In this document: piece after piece, positions 58,756 through 64,000 of the stretch | Numbering within the stretch: the stretch's first letter is position 1 | How the letters are laid out: each line of letters starts with the position of its first letter | IMG/VR virus record: IMGVR_UViG_3300042566_001512 | Span: 62,001 to 126,000 of that record | Length of the DNA: 64,000 nt | Strand: one strand, 5' to 3' | Program-made: the position numbers and the translations under genes | The notes under the pieces: model-generated | The model's database searches: none | What the model saw: the letters and a program-made list of their open reading frames with translations, nothing else | Told to the model about the DNA's origin: nothing

Positions 58756-60396
58756 ATGTTCCCCAGGTCAATCCGAGATAGAATCAAAGAAGACACACCA
58801 AAGCTAAATCCGCTTTTGGCCAACGGTGTGGCAATAGAGCACATAAACGCAACAACAAACGGTTACACCAGAAACGTAGAGCACTACATAGACACAATTA
58901 TGCGAAGTGCCTTTAACGGGTTCTTACCGGGATTCCAATATGTAGGCTTTAGAAGAACAACGCCGGTTGAGGAGTTCAGGGAAGTTACAAAGAAGAGAAA
59001 CTCTTCTAAGGCCACAATTGACGTTGCCAGACATGACGCCTATATGGTGGAATACATGTTCAGGTATAACGGGGTTCCTATAAGCAGATTTATGTATCTT
59101 CCATTTGTCGGTGACGCCGGAACGATACATATAAGCGGCAGCAGATTCGTAGTAACCCCTATTCTGTCGGATAGAGTAATATCCGTAGGACTAAATAACG
59201 TCTTTGTCAGACTGCTTAAAGCAAAACTTACGTTCAATAGACTTCCCCACTATTACCTGGCTAACGATGTCAGAGAGAACGTTCAAGTTGCTTGGTCTGA
59301 GATTTATAACGACAAATCCACTGGAGTAATGAAGGTAAAGAAAACGGTGAATGCCGAATGTGCATTGGCGCATTACCTTTTCTGTAAGTACGGGTTTGAA
59401 GAAACATTCAAAAGGTTCGCTAATTGTAGTCCGGTGGTAGGAAATGCCGAAACTATAAATGAAAACAAATACCCGAGGGAGCAATGGGTTATCTGCTCTA
59501 GTAGCGGTGTAAAGCCAAAGGGATATGGTAAGACATATTACGAAACCAACTATGTAAAGGTCGCAATCCCTAGAGACAAATACACGCCAATGGTAAAGAA
59601 TCTACTAGGCGGTTTCTTTTATTGCGTTGACCACTTCCCCTCCAGAATAAAATCCGAATACGTAAACAGCACTAGACTGTGGATGATACTATTGGGTCAC
59701 CTTATCTGGTCGGGAAATATCGGAGAGGGCAAGCTGTATAACGACGTGGCTGATCACATAGCGTCTTTGGATGAATATATCGATACTCTGCTTACATCAA
59801 ATTTAAAGGACATCGGCTATGACTGTCCAGACTTCTATCAATTACTGGCAATCATAATCGATAACTTCAACGAGTGGTTGCTGACCTCAGACGATCGTGT
59901 AAACACGATGTACAATAAAGAGCTTTCTGTATTGTATTACGTTTGTTACGACATCACTAGTGCTATTTTTAAGCTATACTTTAAACTAAAGGCAGCCCAA
60001 AAGAAACCACTGAACGAGAAAAAAATCGTCAAAATAATGACGACTATCTTAAAACCGGGTCTGATTTTTAGACTATCTAAGGACCATGGAGAAATATCCA
60101 CCACTACAGCATCGGGGGATAACAAGGCTCTTAAGATAACAACGATGCTAGTGCCTCAAAGCGGCAGTAGTAGAAACAGGTCCAGAAAAGATAAGAAGGC
60201 AATATCCGACCCCACAAACAGACTACACGCATCGGTAGCCGAAGTGGGAGGCTATGCTAATTTACCAAAGTCAGACCCAACAGGACACTCAAGGTTAAAT
60301 CTGTGTTTGCAAATAGAACCAAACGGAGTAGTTAAACGAGACCATCGTTTTGTAGAACTGCTAGATAGCGTCCAAGCATCATTTAAACGAACATAA
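58756..60396 (+). CDS. Non-virion RNA polymerase beta-type subunit (phiKZ gp123-like)
   Basis: YLPFVGDAGTIHISGSRF and LHASVAEVG...PKSDPTG.SRLN; position two genes after the capsid gene. Confidence 0.75.
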   Translation: MFPRSIRDRIKEDTPKLNPLLANGVAIEHINATTNGYTRNVEHYIDTIMRSAFNGFLPGFQYVGFRRTTPVEEFREVTKKRNSSKATIDVARHDAYMVEYMFRYNGVPISRFMYLPFVGDAGTIHISGSRFVVTPILSDRVISVGLNNVFVRLLKAKLTFNRLPHYYLANDVRENVQVAWSEIYNDKSTGVMKVKKTVNAECALAHYLFCKYGFEETFKRFANCSPVVGNAETINENKYPREQWVICSSSGVKPKGYGKTYYETNYVKVAIPRDKYTPMVKNLLGGFFYCVDHFPSRIKSEYVNSTRLWMILLGHLIWSGNIGEGKLYNDVADHIASLDEYIDTLLTSNLKDIGYDCPDFYQLLAIIIDNFNEWLLTSDDRVNTMYNKELSVLYYVCYDITSAIFKLYFKLKAAQKKPLNEKKIVKIMTTILKPGLIFRLSKDHGEISTTTASGDNKALKITTMLVPQSGSSRNRSRKDKKAISDPTNRLHASVAEVGGYANLPKSDPTGHSRLNLCLQIEPNGVVKRDHRFVELLDSVQASFKRT

Positions 60397-60403
60397 TCAA
60401 CCC

Positions 60404-62500
60404 ATGATTAACACCAACCAACAATTCCAAGCACTTCCGCATAGCCCCGTACAGCCACAGTATCAGTTTGTTCAAATAAATGTAAACAACTGTCCAGTAA
60501 ACTTGGCGCCCCTGCAAACACAGATTCATCCCGGCCTGGTAAACTATCTTGTCCCTATCGCCGTAACGTGTATCAATGAATTGCAGAATAAGGCCACACA
60601 GAACAGCCTTCGGTTGTTTCTGTTTAATCAGATGGCCGCAAACACTTTCAATAACCAGCTGTTTTTGCAGCTAATGAAATCGGTGTTAGAGTTGGTCGAA
60701 TGCACGGCCGAGCAGGGAGTTCAGCTAGAGAGCGCAATTGAGTACTCGGTGGAAATGACCATTCAGTTGTATGCGCTCAATAACTTGTATACCTACCCAT
60801 CGCTCAACCAGTATGTAGACCCCAACACACAGGCAGGCCTTCAACGTCTTCAGAAAAAGCAGTCTGAGGTGCTTTATGTTCTTAGTCAACACCAGCAGCA
60901 GAAAGCAATGCGTCAACAGCAGATGAGCCCATACGGGTTTCAGCGACCGCAAATGCTTCAGCAAAATGGTATCAGCGACGCTTTTCAACAGCAAAGCAAT
61001 CAATCGTGGCAGACAAAGAGCACGGGTCTATTCTCCTCGCCCATTCAAACTCCAGCCGTCAGTGAGCCTCAAAACGGGACAATGGTAGACGGGTGGGCCG
61101 CTGCAGCTCAGAATTCTCTAAGTCAGATCAACCAGCAGTCACTACCCACCTTGCAGCAGGCCTACCCTTTTCATCAAGAACAAACGCCTTTTAAGTTCAA
61201 CACATCAAATAACGCAGTGCCTGCCGCTCAAGCCGAATCTGCTAAGGTAAACTCTAACCCAGTTCATCAGCAATATGAGAAGTTTTACCATCATCCCGAT
61301 GGCAAACTGATGGTAAAGCATGGAGATCCTGGGGTAAAGTTTAAAATGACAAAGAAGTGGCCGTTTGCACCCAGCCCATCAAACCTAGCCGACGTTTATT
61401 ACGTACTCCACGAAGACGGATCCATGGAGCCGATTATTAAGAAACTCACAAAGGAACAGCAAATGGAAAAATCTCGACATTATGCAATTACAAGCACTCC
61501 CACTGCCCACAGTAAGATCTGGGGTAGCGTCTTGGCCCACGGCGCCGCTGAGCGCCGAGAGGAAGCCGACAACATGTTCGAATCTGGAGAATTTGAAAAA
61601 GGCATTAAGACTGATCTAGATTTCAAGAAATCATCAGTAAATAAGGACGAAATCGTGAAAGACGAAGTGTTTGTTGCCGTTATTTCGGAAGGGGACGCGT
61701 GGAGTCAGACTGACATTAGCCTATCTATTGCCGACCGCGACGATAAGAAATGTACGGCATACGTCAAACCCGTACTTCGTGTTAAGCCAATCGTTTCAAA
61801 GTGCGACACAAAAGATCTAGTGGACAGCCTGAAGGAATGCACCACTTTAGAGCAATGCGCCAGTAAACTAAAAGCGGAAAACTACAGCATAAAGAGTCTC
61901 TCTGACGTGAATCAGCGTCGTCAGCGGCAAACCGTTTTTGGTAAAATTAACAGAACTCTCACGGAGTCGCTTAATCATTATCTCAAATATAAACTGGCCC
62001 TTGGCGGCGTACAAGTAGGGTCGTTTGAAGACGATGGCGGAGAGCTAATTCAGTATTTGAAAGATGAATATCCTGAGCAGTATGCTGCGGCTCTTTCTGA
62101 TAATCAGGCCGTCATTATCAGGACGGTGCTTTCTACCACGTCCGACGACTTTGTTGGATCCGAGTTTGAAGAGTCGCTAAAAGAACAGTATCTATCCGAA
62201 CTGGATATCGGTCAGAACAATTCTCTTTTCTTGTATAGAAAAGAGTTCTTTATGTCCATCAACATGTTTTCAGCGGAGATAAATGAACACGTAGATGATC
62301 AGGCCGATACGATTAGCGTATTCTCTGATAGCTTCCCTCGATTGTATTCTCTGTGTGAACATCTATCATCGTGTGCAAAATCCCTTGATGAGAACGAGGA
62401 TTACGTATATAGCTACTACATGAAAACCCTGGACGACGTGGTGTACGTTGTAAATAGAAGTGCACTTCGCCCAACCACTTTCATTGTTGGACTAAAGTGA
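60404..62500 (+). CDS. Conserved jumbo-phage hypothetical protein with a Q-rich region
   Basis: 698 aa; Q/S/P-rich low-complexity middle segment. Confidence 0.7.
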   Translation: MINTNQQFQALPHSPVQPQYQFVQINVNNCPVNLAPLQTQIHPGLVNYLVPIAVTCINELQNKATQNSLRLFLFNQMAANTFNNQLFLQLMKSVLELVECTAEQGVQLESAIEYSVEMTIQLYALNNLYTYPSLNQYVDPNTQAGLQRLQKKQSEVLYVLSQHQQQKAMRQQQMSPYGFQRPQMLQQNGISDAFQQQSNQSWQTKSTGLFSSPIQTPAVSEPQNGTMVDGWAAAAQNSLSQINQQSLPTLQQAYPFHQEQTPFKFNTSNNAVPAAQAESAKVNSNPVHQQYEKFYHHPDGKLMVKHGDPGVKFKMTKKWPFAPSPSNLADVYYVLHEDGSMEPIIKKLTKEQQMEKSRHYAITSTPTAHSKIWGSVLAHGAAERREEADNMFESGEFEKGIKTDLDFKKSSVNKDEIVKDEVFVAVISEGDAWSQTDISLSIADRDDKKCTAYVKPVLRVKPIVSKCDTKDLVDSLKECTTLEQCASKLKAENYSIKSLSDVNQRRQRQTVFGKINRTLTESLNHYLKYKLALGGVQVGSFEDDGGELIQYLKDEYPEQYAAALSDNQAVIIRTVLSTTSDDFVGSEFEESLKEQYLSELDIGQNNSLFLYRKEFFMSINMFSAEINEHVDDQADTISVFSDSFPRLYSLCEHLSSCAKSLDENEDYVYSYYMKTLDDVVYVVNRSALRPTTFIVGLK

Positions 62501-62506
62501 TTTAAG

Positions 62507-62539
62507 CATATAGCCCCTGGAGTCTCCAGGGGCTATATG
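62507..62539. terminator. Hairpin-family member
   Basis: CATATAGCCCCTGGAG-T-CTCCAGGGGCTATATG followed by AC. Confidence 0.7.
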
Positions 62540-63079
62540 ACGTTAACCTCTATTAAAAGAAAGGCCCTAATAATTAAACTGAATAAATATTTAAAAATGA
62601 AAGGAAATATATAAATAAAACTAATTATTAATTTAATCCCCAGAAAACAAGTAAAGGATTATTATAGAATTTATTGTCTACAGTTTCCCCCTAGTTAACT
62701 TATCCGTCATAAACAGTGAACGTCTACTTTATTAAAGAGTAGACAAAATAATAGCTATTTACTACTTAGCCGCTATTATTTTGTAAGCTAATTTAAATCA
62801 ATATCAAAAAACCTGTAAGTTTAAACAAAAAGACAAAACCCCGGCAGAGAGTAAAAACACAAATGGACCAACTAATTATAAACCATTGGAGGTAGAGTAT
62901 AAAGGTTTCTACGCGCCAAAGTGAGTTAAGCACCAAGCGCACAACCTAGTACATAGGTAGTAAACAGAATAAAGACCATTTAAAAAATAGAAGTATAGTA
63001 TTTGAAATACATATAAACGCGACATAATAGCCCAGGAGAAAATCCTGGGCTATTATGCAAAAAGTCTCATTTTATTTTT

Positions 63080-63125
63080 TTTCAGTCACATATATCTAAG
63101 CTGAATAGAAGCAATAGTGTTTCTA
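63080..63125 (+). promoter_or_regulatory. Second copy of the promoter plus leader-hairpin element
   Basis: 33/34 identical to 35077-35110. Confidence 0.6.
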
Positions 63126-63352
63126 AAATTTTATTTTTAAGGCTTTTAAAATGGTCTTCCGTGTTTGCGTGTGCAAAGCACTTTCTGTGGCGCCGGCCCT
63201 AGTCTCCAGGTGCTACTACAAGCTGGGTGGGTATCGCCCAGAATCCACTATTATTGCCTGTATTGCAAGATGCGCATTTCAGTTCTTTTCGTCATAAATA
63301 ATACACCCTTGGACTTTTTGTCCAAGGGTGTATTATGCCTTTTATTTTTTAT

Positions 63353-64000
63353 TTATAATGTTCCGGTTTGGTCTTCCGGTTCAGAATCTGGAGAGCCTTG
63401 GTCGGCCTGACCAGGTGCCACCTGTTGCTGATTTTCAGTGGTCTGTGATTGAGCTTCTAAATTGCCCTGCTGATTAACTTCTCCAAGCTGATCGGCCCCA
63501 CCTCCTAACTCGTCACCTCCACCAAATACATCACCGCCTTCGGGCTCTTCACTTGGGGGAGGCACATCCTCTGGAGGCTTAAAGCCTAGTTCGTCTGAAG
63601 CCTCTTCCATTTTTTTCTTGATGGTGTTCATTACGGCCACCGTGGGCACCATGGACCTTATAAGAGATAACAGATGAGACTCCGTATCCGCAGGCATATC
63701 TATCGATGCTCGACCTTCTTCATTTAGGCTAGTTATGTCAGCCAGCTCAGTGAGTATACCCTTTTCAGTAAGGTACTTTCGAATAAAGTGAGCTTTGTAA
63801 AGAGCCTTTAAAGTTTCAATGTTTTGCGAAAACTCGCCCATTGAATTTTCGTTTATGATCTGGTCATTCATGTACGCCAAATCAATAGCTTTGTCTACTG
63901 CCGAAGAGTACGATTCTAAATCTGTCATCTGCTGCTCAAGAGTGACAGAAGTCGGTTTAGGTAACTCAACACAAAAGTTATCGACGAAATGATTAAGTAA
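63353..64000 (-). CDS. C-terminal part of a large gene, probably the portal protein
   Basis: Frame is open to the window end (LLNHFVDNFCVELPKPTSVTLEQQM...); acidic G/P tail; position matches phiKZ-type synteny. Confidence 0.5.
   Translation of the reverse strand, partial: LLNHFVDNFCVELPKPTSVTLEQQMTDLESYSSAVDKAIDLAYMNDQIINENSMGEFSQNIETLKALYKAHFIRKYLTEKGILTELADITSLNEEGRASIDMPADTESHLLSLIRSMVPTVAVMNTIKKKMEEASDELGFKPPEDVPPPSEEPEGGDVFGGGDELGGGADQLGEVNQQGNLEAQSQTTENQQQVAPGQADQGSPDSEPEDQTGTL

Noticed and set aside
62540-63020. AT-rich gap after the 60404 gene as another ncRNA
   Set aside because: Only scattered short AT-rich hairpins and no long-range pairing; insufficient support.
1-64000. Genome-wide stop-codon reassignment suggested by the in-frame TAG at 28926
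   Set aside because: Conserved genes are intact under the standard code, and several ORFs end at TAG directly before hairpins or the next gene.
1-64000. CRISPR array
   Set aside because: No regularly spaced direct repeats; the repeats seen are dispersed palindromes.

Overview
This window is part of a large, AT-rich, phiKZ-related jumbo phage genome. The evidence is phiKZ-type synteny (DnaB-like helicase, major capsid protein, non-virion RNAP subunit, probable portal at 52-64 kb) and a block of S/A/G-x-E-processed head and virion proteins at 0-8.7 kb. Standard genes include tmk, thyA, nrdAB, ligA, an SF2 helicase, an SLT enzyme, and DHH, macro, Nudix and HD hydrolases. The most unusual part is an RNA island at 22.4-27.4 kb. 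It holds tRNA-Ile2(CAU) with a minimal TilS, a ~560-nt structured non-coding region, and a tRNA-Leu split into two halves ~1 kb apart. Those halves enclose an HNH endonuclease and a second, complete tRNA-Leu(UAA) carrying a group I intron. After that come a coiled-coil ORF, a ~0.9-1.2 kb structured non-coding region with long-range pairings, and tRNA-Arg(UCU). A second 'insert and replace the target' endonuclease element lies at 36.9-38.4 kb, with a 16-bp direct repeat and an orphaned original 3' gene end. Also notable are a BTLCP/LapG-type cysteine protease apparently split into two genes in permuted order, a shared C-terminal P-x-Y-x-x-W motif on four unrelated or orphan ORFs, and a family of long intergenic palindromes. 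All family assignments come from motif recognition by eye; no searches or folding programs were run.
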